A stretch of DNA of 34,731 nucleotides from a virus (taxonomy: Duplodnaviria; Caudoviricetes): positions 1 to 34,731 of IMG/VR virus record IMGVR_UViG_3300032296_003686. One strand, given 5' to 3'. The translations under genes and the position numbers were made by a program. Numbering within the stretch: position 1 is the stretch's first letter; each line of letters opens with the position of its first letter. This document shows, in pieces, positions 33,723 to 34,731 of the stretch. Under the pieces are notes generated by a model that worked only from the letters and a program-made list of their open reading frames with translations, did not search any database and had not been told where the DNA came from.

Positions 33723-34731
33723 ATGCCCAACACCCTCACCAATCTCATCCCGGACTTCTACGCCGCCCTCGATGTCGTCAGCCGCGAGCTTACCGGCTTC
33801 ATCCCCGCTGTTCAGCGTGACCCCCGCGCGGATCGTTGTGCCTTGAATGCCACCATGCGCAGCATCGTCGCTCCGGCGAATGCAGCAGCAGGCAACATCA
33901 CGCCCGCAATGTCCATCCCCTCCGCGGCGGATCAAAGCATCGGCAACCGCTCCTTCACCATCCAGAAAAGTCGCTTCGCGCCATTCTCCTGGACGGGTGA
34001 GGAACAAGGCAGCGTGAACGCCGGACCTGGCTACCTCACCATCAAACAGGACCAGATCGCGCAGGCCATCCGCTCCCTCGTCAATGAAGTCGAGGCCGAT
34101 TGCGCGACTTACGGTTATCTCGGTGCCTCCCGCGCCTTCGGAGCCACTGCTGGCACGGCTCCCGTCCTCGCGGATTTCGCCCAGGCGAAGAAAATCCTCG
34201 ACGATAACGGCGCTCCCATGTCCGACCGTCACGTCGTTATGGACACCACCGCCGGCGTCGCCCTGCGTGGCACCAGCAACCTCTTCAAGGTCAATGAAGC
34301 TGGCGACAACGGCTCCCTCATTCGTCAGGGCGTGCTAGGCAATCTCTACGGCTTTGATCTCCGTGAATCCGCCCAGGTGCAGACTCCCACAGCAGGGGCC
34401 ATGGCATCCGCCACCTCCACCAATGCGGCTTTCACCGTCGGCCAGACCGTGATCCCACTCGCCACAGCAGGCACCGGCGTCGTCGCTGCCGGTGACATCA
34501 TCACCTTCGCCAACGACACGAACAAATACGTTGTCGCCTCCGTCTCCTTCGCGGGTGCCAATCCTGCCTCTGGTGATAGCATCACACTGGCTGCTCCAGG
34601 CCTTCGCAAGGCTCAAAGCGCCGCCACTCGTGCCATCACCGTTCTGGCCGCGAGCACGCGAAACCTCGCCTTCACTCGCAATGCCATCCTGCTCGGCACC
34701 CGCCTCCCCGCGCTGCCTGCGGAAGGTGACA
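33723..34731 (+). CDS. Major capsid protein, P22 coat (gp5)-like. Continues to 278 across the join and is missing from the ORF track
   Basis: MPNTLTNLIPDFYAALDVVSRELTGFIPAV...KILDDNGAP.SDR...IRQGVLGNLYGFDLRESAQV...AGDIITFA. Open to the window end. Confidence 0.92.
   Translation, partial: MPNTLTNLIPDFYAALDVVSRELTGFIPAVQRDPRADRCALNATMRSIVAPANAAAGNITPAMSIPSAADQSIGNRSFTIQKSRFAPFSWTGEEQGSVNAGPGYLTIKQDQIAQAIRSLVNEVEADCATYGYLGASRAFGATAGTAPVLADFAQAKKILDDNGAPMSDRHVVMDTTAGVALRGTSNLFKVNEAGDNGSLIRQGVLGNLYGFDLRESAQVQTPTAGAMASATSTNAAFTVGQTVIPLATAGTGVVAAGDIITFANDTNKYVVASVSFAGANPASGDSITLAAPGLRKAQSAATRAITVLAASTRNLAFTRNAILLGTRLPALPAEGD
34609..34731 (+). repeat. Terminal direct repeat, copy 2
   Basis: Identical to 1-123. 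Confidence 0.97.

Overview
The window is a complete, circularly permuted temperate phage genome of about 34.6 kb. Bases 1-123 are identical to 34609-34731, and the major capsid gene reads through that join. Gene order from about 27.2 kb: TerS, lambda GpA-type TerL, gpW-like protein, lambda-type portal, ClpP protease/scaffold, P22-coat-like major capsid, neck and tail genes (tube, -1 frameshifted chaperone pair, tape measure, baseplate, fibre), and lysis genes with a GH108-like endolysin. These are followed by a tyrosine integrase, an attP made of the 3' half of tRNA-Pro(GGG), a repressor/cro-like switch, and early genes including ParB, primase and helicase, then a non-coding ori/cos region. 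The host is probably a high-GC PVC bacterium (Verrucomicrobiota-like); this is inferred from the lack of Shine-Dalgarno sites and the repeat style. The most notable signal is an integron-like array of four attC-like sites and three gene cassettes inside the tail operon (4827-5871). The ORFs run antisense to canonical cassette orientation, each start codon lies inside its attC loop, the stop comes from the next attC, and no IntI is present. Other notable signals: a fixed-geometry TTTGAC(A/T)-N12-Y|R motif before late genes (candidate leaderless promoter), virion-type proteins with Sec signal peptides, a 16-bp parS-like palindrome with an orphan ParB, REP-like and short tandem repeats whose orientation largely follows a sharp G/C skew inversion, and a membrane-anchored HTH in the lysis module. 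All functional calls are from motif recognition by eye; no searches were run.
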